From Candidatus Borrarchaeum weybense (lineage in GTDB: Archaea > Asgardarchaeota > Sifarchaeia > Borrarchaeales > Borrarchaeaceae): a stretch of 64,000 nt of DNA. The number at the start of each line of letters is the position of its first letter. Position 1 is the first letter of the stretch. Shown here piece after piece: positions 53,079-62,873 of this stretch. The stretch is taken from NCBI GenBank assembly GCA_019057385.1, contig JAHQJS010000005.1, positions 128,699 through 192,698 of the forward strand, read 5' to 3'. The translations under genes and the position numbers were made by a program. The notes below the pieces were generated by a model. That model worked only from the letters and a program-made list of their open reading frames with translations, had not been told where the DNA came from and made no database searches.

Positions 53079-53399
53079 TCAAAGTTTTGGGTCCGGGTCT
53101 TCGGTGTTTTCGCCACCTTCTTGTATCAGCAGCATCCGCATTGTTGACGATGCATGCCGGAATACCATTGCTTCTTGGTACTCAGGATCAGCTATCCAAG
53201 CCTCAACGTGAGTTTTGCTCGGAAACTCTAATATTACCATCCTATCTGTGTATGTCTCTCCTTCCAATGTAGTAACCGGTTCCCCGCGTGTGAGAAACTT
53301 CCCTTGGTACTTCTTCACTATGGGTGGTGTCCTATCCGTGTATTTACGATAGGTATCTGGATCATGGATCGCCATCATCGAAATTACATACGCTGGCAT
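53079..53399 (-). CDS. DUF1330 family protein
   Basis: MPAYVI..YRKY..KYQGKFLTRG..LEG..VILEFPS..YQ. Confidence 0.9.
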   Translation of the reverse strand: MPAYVISMMAIHDPDTYRKYTDRTPPIVKKYQGKFLTRGEPVTTLEGETYTDRMVILEFPSKTHVEAWIADPEYQEAMVFRHASSTMRMLLIQEGGENTEDPDPKL

Positions 53400-53504
53400 T
53401 TATTACTCTCCTATGGATATTGTTGAGTTCAACTCCACCGCGTTCAAAAGATTTGAATCGGTTAAGAGAAAAATATCATCTTACTGTATGATGATTCTTA
53501 AAAG

Positions 53505-53762
53505 TGGTGGGGACGGAGGGATTTGAACCCCCGATTCGAAATGAGACTTCCCTAATTTTGACTGATGTTTTTTGCCTCATTCTTCCGCCAACCGTGAGAA
53601 CCACGCCACGTGTTGCCATCGGGTTTCTCTGGTAAGCACAACTCCAGAAGATCTTCATCCTTCCGTCAGTTTTTGCTATTTACAACCTCTGGAGCCCGAC
53701 GTGCTACATTACCTCATACTAACCTACCAGAGATTAATACGAACTGGCTACACTACGTCCCC
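53505..53762 (-). tRNA. tRNA-Trp(CCA), four predicted introns (18/19, 37/38, 45/46, 46/47)
   Basis: GGGGACG/CGTCCCC acceptor, TCGGG-CTCCAG..A-CCCGA, GGGGG-TTCAAAT-CCCTC, encoded CCA; introns 53708-53743, 53625-53688, 53583-53616, 53535-53581. Confidence 0.9.
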
Positions 53763-53866
53763 AATTGCTACAATTGTAGACACGAAATAGTGATCAGGTT
53801 TTGTTTTAAATTTTACTAAAAATGATAAATTAGTTGTTTCTCAACAAAAAAATAGCCCAGAACAGG

Positions 53867-55015
53867 TTATTCTTTTCTTATAAAACCCACAAGTTTCTTC
53901 AAATCGTCCGCAGTCGCTGATGGACCTACAAGTAATACTTTCTTGCGCCCATCCCCTCCTACATGACAATAGAGTACCATATTTTCTGTTCCTACGATGT
54001 ATATGTCGCAATCCTCTACATCACTTAAAACTAATGTATTTTTAGTTCTCTCTTTTTGTAACTCACCTTTCTGTAACAAGGTGTCTTGAAACTTTTCATC
54101 CCTGACGGCGTCTAAAAGAAACCCAATATCGCCCCAGAGACTCCCATCAACTGTGATATAGTAATATTCATTGAATCGTGAATTAAGGTCATTTGAGAAA
54201 TCTAACGGTCCAAGTGGTTGAGATTTTTTGTAAGAAAGCCGCACAACATCATCAGCATCATCACCTTCGCTAACAGCCTCTTTTATAGCCTGTGTTAGTT
54301 TATCTAACACAACATCACCTGAGAAGGCCCTTAACCATGCAAAAATCGTTCCGCTCCAAATCATGGTGTTAATTCCAAAAACCACATCTGCACCAACTTT
54401 TTCTAATGTGCTTGCATCCGGTTTCTCACGAAATTGAACGCATTCCAAAAGGGGGTATTCGCCCTCTTCTAAGAGAATACATTCAGCAATACCCATTTGT
54501 GTCGGATCGTGATGATCCTGGACTGAGGCTTGCAAACCTATAATTTTTTCTGGATGTTCCAACGTCTTATTTAAGAGGACAAGTTCAGCATTGATGAATG
54601 CATCTGCTTTATCATGATCACACGGCATAAAGATTAGGAGAATTTCTTCTGCACAATCCTCGTTGATCCATCCCGCATTCTTGCATTTCTTACATTGATT
54701 CACATGGGAGTAAATTATTCGTGCAATTGCAGCTGGAAACATATGTCCATTAGAACGGACATAAGGAGGCTCTTTAAGGACTATATCGATTTTAGCCTCT
54801 TTAATCCACGATTGCATTGCATCATCCTCTTTGATGGCGAGTATAACTTGTAGAGGTGTCCGTTCTCGAACACGCAGAACATCGGCCAGCAATATCCTAG
54901 TTTTATCTCGTTTTATCTTCAATAAGTGCTTAGGAAATCCTCCAAATCGCGTTGCTCGTCCCCCAGCCGATGTTAAAAGATATTTCTCTGTGTGATGGAT
55001 TTTATCCTGTGCCAT
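53867..55015 (-). CDS. Divergent sugar-phosphate nucleotidyltransferase (ManC-like)
   Basis: AGGRATRF..PKHLL, MPCDH, FREKPD, INTMIW, WGDIG. Confidence 0.75.
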   Translation of the reverse strand: MAQDKIHHTEKYLLTSAGGRATRFGGFPKHLLKIKRDKTRILLADVLRVRERTPLQVILAIKEDDAMQSWIKEAKIDIVLKEPPYVRSNGHMFPAAIARIIYSHVNQCKKCKNAGWINEDCAEEILLIFMPCDHDKADAFINAELVLLNKTLEHPEKIIGLQASVQDHHDPTQMGIAECILLEEGEYPLLECVQFREKPDASTLEKVGADVVFGINTMIWSGTIFAWLRAFSGDVVLDKLTQAIKEAVSEGDDADDVVRLSYKKSQPLGPLDFSNDLNSRFNEYYYITVDGSLWGDIGFLLDAVRDEKFQDTLLQKGELQKERTKNTLVLSDVEDCDIYIVGTENMVLYCHVGGDGRKKVLLVGPSATADDLKKLVGFIRKE

Positions 55016-55189
55016 TGCGTTCTCCTCATTTTACTCTTCAGACATCTCATCTGAACACCATGATTTTGGAAATGTCTCTTCATTTCTACATTAAGTCAGG
55101 TTACAAATAAAAAAGTTAACTTCGATATCGAGAACTTCGCTCAGAATTATTATGAGCACCTTTTAATCCATGTAGTTATCTGAGCAATT

Positions 55190-55735
55190 TTAATTTATAA
55201 AGAAGTTCGTTTGATAGATATTTCCTGTGGCTGAGTAAATAGTGACCCTTACAGAACTATCTGTAAGAAAATAGTCTCCAGATCCTTCACAATACAACTT
55301 AAAGCTAACGAAAATACGAGATGCAGGGATCGTCACCCCTAAATCATTCCCTTTAGGATTAAGTAAAGTCTCATCATCATTTAGATATACAGCTACTTTC
55401 CAGTTGTTATCCGTTCCAGATGTCCAAATTCTACCATCATTTTCTACTTCTAGATGTGTCAAAGTAATTTCTGTACCCCCTGTATTAGTAACAACAAAAC
55501 TCATAGCATAATCCTGTGATGCACCTCCTGGTGCAACCGAGAACTTATTGGCTCTGTCTCCATCTCTCGCATGATATTGAAAACCGCCAATCGCAATAGC
55601 TTCTTGCTGGCTTGCCACATAAAGAAATGCAAAACTAAAAAACATTATCACGGAGACTAATATTCCCAGAAATAAAATATATGGAGTTTTAGCTTTGAGT
55701 TTATACACGACCCAGCCCTCTTTTCCCAAAGTCAA
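55190..55735 (-). CDS. Archaeal pilin-like surface protein
   Basis: Basic N-terminus + TM helix, VTNTGGTEITLT strand, VRVTIYSATGN C-terminus; cleavage site atypical. Confidence 0.55.
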   Translation of the reverse strand: MTLGKEGWVVYKLKAKTPYILFLGILVSVIMFFSFAFLYVASQQEAIAIGGFQYHARDGDRANKFSVAPGGASQDYAMSFVVTNTGGTEITLTHLEVENDGRIWTSGTDNNWKVAVYLNDDETLLNPKGNDLGVTIPASRIFVSFKLYCEGSGDYFLTDSSVRVTIYSATGNIYQTNFFIN

Positions 55736-55913
55736 TTAACTTGATATCATTTTTTTCAAGTGAGTGGCTCTCAATATTAAATGGAACAAATGGAACATAT
55801 AGATTAAATGAATATAAGAAGCATATAGATCCAAGCTTCATGGATTCAGGGTTCACCATAAAGGTTAAAAAAATAAAAAACAAATCAAATAAAAAGCAAT
55901 GCCACCAATAAGA

Positions 55914-56016
55914 GCCGCCGTAGCTCAGCTGGTAGAGCGTTGGACTTGTAATCCAATGACAGTTCTGCTATTCGCATAACTGGTGGAAGTCGAGGGTTCA
56001 AATCCCTCCGGCGGCT
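55914..56016 (+). tRNA. tRNA-Thr(TGT), one intron at 45/46
   Basis: GCCGCCG/CGGCGGC, TTGGA-CTTGTAA-TCCAA; 30-nt insertion 55959-55988. Confidence 0.93.
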
Positions 56017-56058
56017 TCATATACTGTCTCACATCCCAAAAGACAGTTTATTTAATGT

Positions 56059-56259
56059 GGGCGGGTGGTCTAGCATGGTATGATTCCGGATTTGGGTGCC
56101 CTCCTCTTAATGAGGAGACAAAAACATCCGGAGTTCTGCTTGGGTAACCCCAGCACGATACGGAATGACTCTACACGCGCGCTGTGGTGTCCCGTTTGCC
56201 GGGAGTTCGAAGGAATAGAGAGAAACCCTCTCTTTCTGAAAATCTCCCCTCGCCCACCA
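56059..56259 (+). tRNA. tRNA-Pro(TGG), four predicted introns (37/38, two tandem at 45/46, 59/60)
   Basis: GGGCGGG/CTCGCCC, CCGGA-TTTGGG..A-TCCGG, GGGAG/CTCCC, encoded CCA; introns 56097-56125, 56134-56165, 56166-56197, 56212-56242. Confidence 0.88.
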
Positions 56260-56351
56260 CTCTTTTTGAAAAATAAGTATTGAATAAGATAATATAATTC
56301 CTAAAATCATACTCTAATTCATTATTTGAAATGCTCAAGTTAGGTGTTTAG

Positions 56352-57809
56352 ATGAATCATGTGGAAATAATGATGCTCGATAAGAAGACCCGAATCGTTC
56401 TTTGGCAGTGTCTTGTTGAAGTTATTGAAGAATATATTACAAATGTTAATCAAGCACGCGTTGCCCCCTATTTAGATGCAGATAAGATACGATCTCTGCT
56501 AAACTCTATTACATTTACAAAGTCCATAGATCCTTTACAGGCATTGAATTTTGTAGTGAAAGGCTTGTGGGACTATCAAATGCATGTAGCTAATCCACAA
56601 TACTTTGGATTATTCAATCCGTCTCCAACCACAATGGGGATCGCAGCTGATGCTTTGGTTGCTGCTTTTAATCCTCAACTCGCAACATGGAGTCATAGTC
56701 CCTTTGCCGTGGAAGTTGAACAACATTTAATTCGATTTTTTGCTTCTCAATTTGGTTATAATTCGGAAAAAATAGATGGCACTTTTACATCTGGTGGTAC
56801 TGAAGCTAATCATACAGCTCTATTAACAGCTCTCACTCACAAATTTCCAAAATTTGCACAAAGAGGGCTAAGAGGACTCGACACACTGCCTAAACTGTAT
56901 GTTTCTACAGAGAGTCATCATTCTCTTATAAGAACTGCTCGTTCATGTGGTCTGGGCGTAGAGGCAGTGCAACAAATACCTGTAGACGATTCATTGCAAA
57001 TGAAAGTTGATGTGCTTATTGAGCAAATTGCAAAAGATAGAGACGTTGGGTTCGCTCCATTTCTAGTCGCGGCTACCGCAGGAACGACAAACGCCGGAGT
57101 GGTAGATCATATAAAAAGAATTGCTGATGTAGCAGAAAAGGAGAAACTTTGGTTTCACGTTGACGCGGCATGGGGAGGTGCGATCGTATTTGTAACTGAA
57201 ATGAGAAATGTTCTTGAAGGCATTGAACGATCAGATTCGATCACATTCGACACACATAAGTGGCTAAATGTCCCTATGGGCGCTGGTCTATTCTTAACTC
57301 GCCATCCAGAAATTCTCCTCAGAACTTTTTCTATAGAAGCCGATTATATGCCAAAAGATGCGTTGGGATTAAATGTAGTAGATCCATATATTCGTTCCCT
57401 CCAGTGTTCCCGCAGATTTATTGGTCTAAAAGTCTTTTTATCTCTTGCTGTGGCAGGATGGAATGGATATAGCACCGTAATTAGACACCAAGTAAAAATG
57501 GGAGATTTATTGCGCCAAGAACTTAAAAAATCAGGTTGGAAAATCGTCAATCAGACAAAGTTACCAGTTGTGTGTTTTGTTGATCAACAAAGACCAGAAG
57601 GGAAATCTGTCGAGTTCGTCGAAAGCATCGCTCAGGGAGTCGTTTCTTCTGGAAAGGCTTGGATTTCTACTACAAGACTGAAACAGAATATACCTGTGCT
57701 TAGAGCTTGTATTACCAACTACCGGACAGAACCAGAAGATATTCATGCTTTAGTCCATGTGCTCAACGAAACAAGGCAAGCTTTTTACAGCAAAATTCGT
57801 CAAACATAG
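56352..57809 (+). CDS. Group II PLP-dependent decarboxylase
   Basis: FTSGGTEAN, ATAGTT, HVDAAWGG, DTHKWL. Confidence 0.92.
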   Translation: MNHVEIMMLDKKTRIVLWQCLVEVIEEYITNVNQARVAPYLDADKIRSLLNSITFTKSIDPLQALNFVVKGLWDYQMHVANPQYFGLFNPSPTTMGIAADALVAAFNPQLATWSHSPFAVEVEQHLIRFFASQFGYNSEKIDGTFTSGGTEANHTALLTALTHKFPKFAQRGLRGLDTLPKLYVSTESHHSLIRTARSCGLGVEAVQQIPVDDSLQMKVDVLIEQIAKDRDVGFAPFLVAATAGTTNAGVVDHIKRIADVAEKEKLWFHVDAAWGGAIVFVTEMRNVLEGIERSDSITFDTHKWLNVPMGAGLFLTRHPEILLRTFSIEADYMPKDALGLNVVDPYIRSLQCSRRFIGLKVFLSLAVAGWNGYSTVIRHQVKMGDLLRQELKKSGWKIVNQTKLPVVCFVDQQRPEGKSVEFVESIAQGVVSSGKAWISTTRLKQNIPVLRACITNYRTEPEDIHALVHVLNETRQAFYSKIRQT

Positions 57810-57820
57810 CTTTCAAGTTA

Positions 57821-58312
57821 TCATGTTAATGAAAGTGTAGTATCCTCTTTCTCAGTAGAAAGTACAATAACACTCCGCGTTCGTCCCACTCCAGGAATAC
57901 GATTAATGGTTCTTATCATTCCCTCAAGAGTTGATATATTTTCGGTCTTCACTTTAATAAGGTGATCTGCATCCCCCGCCAAGTTAAATACTTCCAAGAC
58001 ATCCTTCATATTAGCAACTTCGTAAGGAACAGCCACATCTGGTTCATGGGCCTTAAAATCTAATGTAATTTCAATAAAGGCGGTAACATCTTTGCCTAAC
58101 TTTTTCTCGTCTAAAATAACTGTGTACTTCTTGATGATTCCACTTTCTTTCATTTTTCTTATTCGTTCATGGACTGTCGGAATCGCTAAATTTACAATTT
58201 CATCGCTTGCAATAGTTTTAATTGGTCTTGATGAATCCTCTTGTAGTAATTCAAGAATTCTCAGGTCTTTTTCATCTAACGTGAAGCCATTTGTTGACAC
58301 CATAAACTTCAC
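57821..58312 (-). CDS. Lrp/AsnC transcriptional regulator
   Basis: LDEKDLRILELLQ HTH, ERIRKMKESGIIKKY, RAM domain. Confidence 0.93.
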   Translation of the reverse strand: MKFMVSTNGFTLDEKDLRILELLQEDSSRPIKTIASDEIVNLAIPTVHERIRKMKESGIIKKYTVILDEKKLGKDVTAFIEITLDFKAHEPDVAVPYEVANMKDVLEVFNLAGDADHLIKVKTENISTLEGMIRTINRIPGVGRTRSVIVLSTEKEDTTLSLT

Positions 58313-58447
58313 CCTCTACTTTTAGTGTTATCACTAAGTGAATATTTTCTTATTGATATATAAAGGTTCCCTCATATTTTCTTTGATAACTGATATAAAC
58401 CAGAAGAAATAATACAAATATTGAAGTTGACCGAAAAGAGATGTTAA

Positions 58448-58780
58448 TTGTACGAAAATAATGGAGGCATTATTATCATGTCATTTGAAGTTAATTTTAA
58501 TAGAGTAACTCAAAATTTGAACACGGTTATATTAAGTGAGGAAAGGAATCTGCTACAAGAAATAGCAAAACCACAAATCTTAAAGAGTCTTAGAATATCA
58601 GAAAACAAACTCTTGCGGCTAGTTCTGAAAGATCAAAAATACTTTATTGAGTTAATAGCGAGTGGTTATAAAGTTACACAGTTAGCAGCAGGGAAAACTA
58701 CTCTACAAGAGGCAGAAAAATGTTATGTGGAACTCCTCCATAAGATAAAAAATGGAGGAAGCATGCTAGAGCCATATTGA
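58448..58780 (+). CDS. Hypothetical protein
   Basis: ORF with GGAGG before MSFEV. Confidence 0.6.
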   Translation: MYENNGGIIIMSFEVNFNRVTQNLNTVILSEERNLLQEIAKPQILKSLRISENKLLRLVLKDQKYFIELIASGYKVTQLAAGKTTLQEAEKCYVELLHKIKNGGSMLEPY

Positions 58781-59034
58781 TTCGAAACATTACCGCAGTT
58801 CATTAGTTTTTTATGATTTTATAATCGTTAAGCACTTACTCCGAAATTTTTTTCGTTGTTGCATCATCTTTTTACTACTTTTTCTGATTCAGTAATTATC
58901 TGTATAAAAATTGCCGTAAATCTTTAGTCAAAACGGTTATAACCCCGAAAATCATTAATATATATAGGTAGGAATACCTAAAATATTTCATGATCTATCG
59001 TGATAGTTACAAATAATGAAAGAGGTGAGGGGAA

Positions 59035-59307
59035 ATGAAGGGAAAAATAAAGGATGTTATACTTCAACTCCTCGACGAATCGTTCTACGAAGTCCCTATA
59101 GCGGTTCCTAAAGTCACAGCTTTCATAAAGGAATTCTTCCCTAAAGCAACAGAACATGAAATCGAGGCAGTTATTGAAGAATTAATAAAGGACGGCTTCT
59201 TAATCCTTGGAATTGCTTATGGCTATGAACGTGGCATAATGAGTGCGAAGAAGATTCCTGAGAAACCACCGCTAGCCTACTTAAAGCCAATTCTTGCGAA
59301 AACATAA
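59035..59307 (+). CDS. Small hypothetical protein, possible winged helix
   Basis: GAGGTGA SD; EIEAVIEELIKDGFL pattern. Confidence 0.65.
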   Translation: MKGKIKDVILQLLDESFYEVPIAVPKVTAFIKEFFPKATEHEIEAVIEELIKDGFLILGIAYGYERGIMSAKKIPEKPPLAYLKPILAKT

Positions 59308-59495
59308 CATTCTCTTTTTTTCGTTTTTTAGATATTTTTCTGATCTGATTTTTCAAGTCAAAAAATGGATATTTTCTCTAAATTCCCTTGCTGACGTTTT
59401 TTGAAGAAATGAAAATAGGAAACCGCTTTAACGTTGATAACGCTATTAACCGTTAACATTTAAAAAACGTAACATGAATTTAGGGAAGATCAACA

Positions 59496-59864
59496 ATGAA
59501 AATATCAGCTATTGAATTGGAGAAACTTTTAGACGAAATACCCGTAGCACTTACGTACGTAGATACGAACGGCATCATTCTCTATCGTAACAAAACCGCT
59601 GCACAACGACCTTTGCCGAAAGGAACTCGAGAACCTGGAGCCAACATACGAGACTGCCATGCACTACCGGAGAGTTTAGAACAGATAGAAAAAATCTTTA
59701 ATGGTTTTAAAAACGGTCGCAAAACACCACATCACTATATTTCTCAAAGGACAGATCTCAAAGAATTAGTAACTTTAACTCCGATGTTCGAAAAAGATCA
59801 GTTTGTTGGATGTTTCTCAACTATCCATCCGCTTGAAATAAAGGGTGTAAGTAGAACTTTTTAG
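59496..59864 (+). CDS. Stand-alone PAS-domain protein
   Basis: LLDEIPVALTYVDTNGIILYRN, DCH, FVGC. Confidence 0.8.
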   Translation: MKISAIELEKLLDEIPVALTYVDTNGIILYRNKTAAQRPLPKGTREPGANIRDCHALPESLEQIEKIFNGFKNGRKTPHHYISQRTDLKELVTLTPMFEKDQFVGCFSTIHPLEIKGVSRTF

Positions 59865-59869
59865 AAGAG

Positions 59870-61426
59870 TTAGTTCCCGATTAAATCACGAATGAACTGA
59901 ACTAACAGGCGTACCCCTACTCCTGAAGCACCTTTTGGGATGTATGCTTTCTTTTTATCTGAGCGAGCAGTACCTGCTATATCTAAATGAATCCATGGAG
60001 TTCCTTTTTCTACAAATTCTGATAAAAATACAGCAGCTATAATTGCTGCCCCTTCGCGTCCACCTACATTTTTTAAATCGGCAAAATCACTTCTTAAATG
60101 CGTAGAATACTCTTTCCATAGGGGTAATTCCCAGACTCGTTCCCCAGTTTTTTCACCTGCTGACGTAAGTAGTTTCTTGAAGTTTTCTGCTTCTTTATTT
60201 GCCATTAATCCGCTAGCATGTGCTCCTAAAGTTATTCTAATTGCTCCAGTAAGTGTTGCAATATCGATTACAAGAGTTGGAGAATATTTCTTAGCATAAG
60301 TCAGTGCATCAGCCATTACTAATCTTCCTTCAGCGTCTGTATTCACAACTTCTATGGTTTTACCAGAAAAAGACTTGATTACATCACCTGGTTTTATTGC
60401 TTTTCCTCCGGGTAAGTTCTCTGTTGCGGGAATGAGGGCAAATAAGTGAATTGGCAACTGTAAATGGCTTACTGCATGTATGAGACCAATTACTGTGCAT
60501 CCGCCGGATTTATCGTATTTCATGTTCTCCATTCCTGTCTTCTGTTTTAATGAAAGACCTCCAGAGTCAAAAGTAATAGCTTTGCCAATGACGACAATCG
60601 TTTCTAGTGCCTCTTTTTCTTGTGGAGTATATTCAAGAATAATGAACTTTGCAGGCTGATCACTTCCTTGTGCCACACTTAGATAGGCATTTAGCCCCAT
60701 TTCTTGTGCAATTTCTTCATCTAGAATATTATATTTTAGACCCAGACTTATTGCAAGGTCTTCTGACTTCGTAGCTAGGTAAGTAGGGGTTGCTATGTTA
60801 CCAGGCATATTAGCGAGATTTCGCGCAAAATTTGTGGCTTCTGCAATAGTTTTACCAATGTTTGCTCCTTCCTGGATTTCATCAAGAACGGTCATTTCTC
60901 GTTCCAAAAGCAGAATTTTCTTTATGTCAATAAATTCACTGCGAGAATCCGTTTTTAGTTCTACAAACTTATACATGCCCAATATACTTCCTTCAATCAC
61001 TGCTTGCGCAGTATCTTTCGCCGAATTATCTAGACGAATTTCATGAAGGGTTGTTACAATTTCTTGGCAATTCAATTCTCGAGTACGAACTGCAGTTTTT
61101 CCACTTACTTGTCTAAGCCTTTCAAGGCTAAATTCATCCTTTTTGCCCAGACCTACGATTAAAAGTCTGGAATGCGAATTCTTCCAATCTGGTCGAACAA
61201 TCTCTATAGTATTCAATTTACCTACGAATTCTTTGCGAGTTAACAATCCGTTAATCGCCCCGTCAAGGGCAGAATCTACTGCTTGTAAAGATTTACTCGT
61301 AAAATCACTGGTTTCATTCTCAAAAACACCTAAAATTGCGATATCAAATACCCTTTCTTTAATATTTTCTTCGAGTTTCCCCTGTTGTATATGAATCTCC
61401 ATGATGTAAGCAACTCCCTGTATCAT
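59870..61426 (-). CDS. pepA: Leucyl aminopeptidase (M17)
   Basis: GKAITFDSGG, MKYDK, NTDAEGRL, ATLTGA, WIHLDIAG. Confidence 0.96.
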   Translation of the reverse strand: MIQGVAYIMEIHIQQGKLEENIKERVFDIAILGVFENETSDFTSKSLQAVDSALDGAINGLLTRKEFVGKLNTIEIVRPDWKNSHSRLLIVGLGKKDEFSLERLRQVSGKTAVRTRELNCQEIVTTLHEIRLDNSAKDTAQAVIEGSILGMYKFVELKTDSRSEFIDIKKILLLEREMTVLDEIQEGANIGKTIAEATNFARNLANMPGNIATPTYLATKSEDLAISLGLKYNILDEEIAQEMGLNAYLSVAQGSDQPAKFIILEYTPQEKEALETIVVIGKAITFDSGGLSLKQKTGMENMKYDKSGGCTVIGLIHAVSHLQLPIHLFALIPATENLPGGKAIKPGDVIKSFSGKTIEVVNTDAEGRLVMADALTYAKKYSPTLVIDIATLTGAIRITLGAHASGLMANKEAENFKKLLTSAGEKTGERVWELPLWKEYSTHLRSDFADLKNVGGREGAAIIAAVFLSEFVEKGTPWIHLDIAGTARSDKKKAYIPKGASGVGVRLLVQFIRDLIGN

Positions 61427-61703
61427 ATTATGTATAGCGCAGTTCGATCTAAAAAATAGAGGAGTTTATTAAAAAAAATAATTTAAATTAGTAGATTTCA
61501 AGAGCTCGTCTATGAAACTCTCCTATGTGAACTCGGTATTTTTCTTTCATTGGTAGAATTTGCCTGTAAATGGTAAGTTATTATGTTAAGATGAAGAGAT
61601 TTACTAGAAAATTTATCAACTATGGTGACATGGTTATACCCAAACTAGGAGTTTGTTTTCTAAAGCCCGATGGCGAGACTCCTCAAAGAACGAGGTGATT
61701 TCT

Positions 61704-62219
61704 CTGAAAAAAAGTCTAATAGTCTCAGTATTCAGCCTCGTACTATTGCTAACGTTGATGCCAGCTGCCAATGCTGCATACACGCATGAAGACCTAACGC
61801 TAACCGTCTTGGTGAATGGTTCTGATACAAGCGCTCACAACGTCAAATCAAATCCTTTAGTAATAGACTTAGCGGAGCCCATCACAGTTAGCCTTTCGAT
61901 GACTAATGCCGGTGAGACAGTTCATTTAACTGACGCTACAGTGTCTTTCTACACCCTCCAAACAATACTCTTCTGGGATATTGAATCGAAGGTATATGAT
62001 CATCAAGTAGACCTTGATAATGAAGATGATGATGGTGATGGAAAGGAAGGTTTCGATATATCTGCTGCCACAAGCGAGTCTGACAGTTTTGACATATCTC
62101 CTGAAGAAATGGCCGAGTATAGAGATGCACTTTCTGGGCAAAGAGTACGGATTGACATCCTCTTTAACTTTGAAACTATTCCAGACTATACAATAAAAGT
62201 CTACATAACTTTAGTTTAG
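61704..62219 (+). CDS. Secreted acidic beta-rich protein
   Basis: Signal peptide KKSLIVSVFSLVLLLTLMPAANA; probable CTG start after GAGGTGA. Confidence 0.7.
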   Translation: MKKSLIVSVFSLVLLLTLMPAANAAYTHEDLTLTVLVNGSDTSAHNVKSNPLVIDLAEPITVSLSMTNAGETVHLTDATVSFYTLQTILFWDIESKVYDHQVDLDNEDDDGDGKEGFDISAATSESDSFDISPEEMAEYRDALSGQRVRIDILFNFETIPDYTIKVYITLV

Positions 62220-62414
62220 CCCTCTCTCTCTTTTTCTTTTTTTATTTTGCCTCTAATTTCATTCTAGGTGTTGATTTTCTAAATTATGTTGAGAAAGAAC
62301 TCTTCACTCCTTATACGAATAAAGAAACATCAGAAGTTAACAATTGAGAGGGATATTCTTTTATATTTTAATTACTTATGACGTAATCTAGCTATAACAG
62401 CTTAACATCACCAA

Positions 62415-62611
62415 GCCGGGGTGGCTAAGAGTCGATGCATGAGGAAATTACCCTCACTACATCGATGAGAAGCCTGGTTATAGCGCCGGACACTTTCCGA
62501 GCCGGTTTCATAGAGAATATCCCAAGAAAGCCCTTTCTTGAGACATCCGGAGAGACGTTACACGCTGAGGTAATGTTCTGAAGGTCGCGGGTTCGAAGCC
62601 CGCCCCCGGCA
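62415..62611 (+). tRNA. tRNA-Met(CAT), probably elongator, four predicted introns (about 15/16, 32/33, 37/38, 45/46)
   Basis: GCCGGGG/CCCCGGC, GCTA/TAGC D-stem, CCGGA/TCCGG; introns 62430-62472, 62492-62507, 62513-62544, 62553-62583. Confidence 0.88.
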
Positions 62612-62662
62612 CTATCCTTAAAGGCTTGAGACACACCCTACGAAATTGATACATCATAATAA

Positions 62663-62833
62663 GCGGGGGTGGCCGAGCCAGGTCAATTTGCCTACAAGGG
62701 TCAGATCATAGGCGCTGGTGTGTGAGGCAACTGCTGCCTTATGCTACGAGACTTAAGATCCAGTGACGTAGGTCTACGTGGGTTCGAAAAGTTTTGGCGA
62801 AAGCCTTTTTCGGAAATCCCATCCCCCGCACCA
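62663..62833 (+). tRNA. tRNA-Leu(TAA), three predicted introns (D-loop, about 30/31, 59/60)
   Basis: GCGGGGG/CCCCCGC, CTTAAGA loop, long variable arm, encoded CCA; introns 62687-62709, 62719-62750, 62789-62816. Confidence 0.9.
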
Positions 62834-62873
62834 ACTCATCCTTAAACAAAAACCCTCTTTTGAATTAAAAAAT

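Noticed and set aside
53476-53819. Short ORFs over tRNA-Trp (likewise 56080, 56107, 62425, 62778 over other tRNAs)
   Set aside because: Explained by intron-containing tRNA genes
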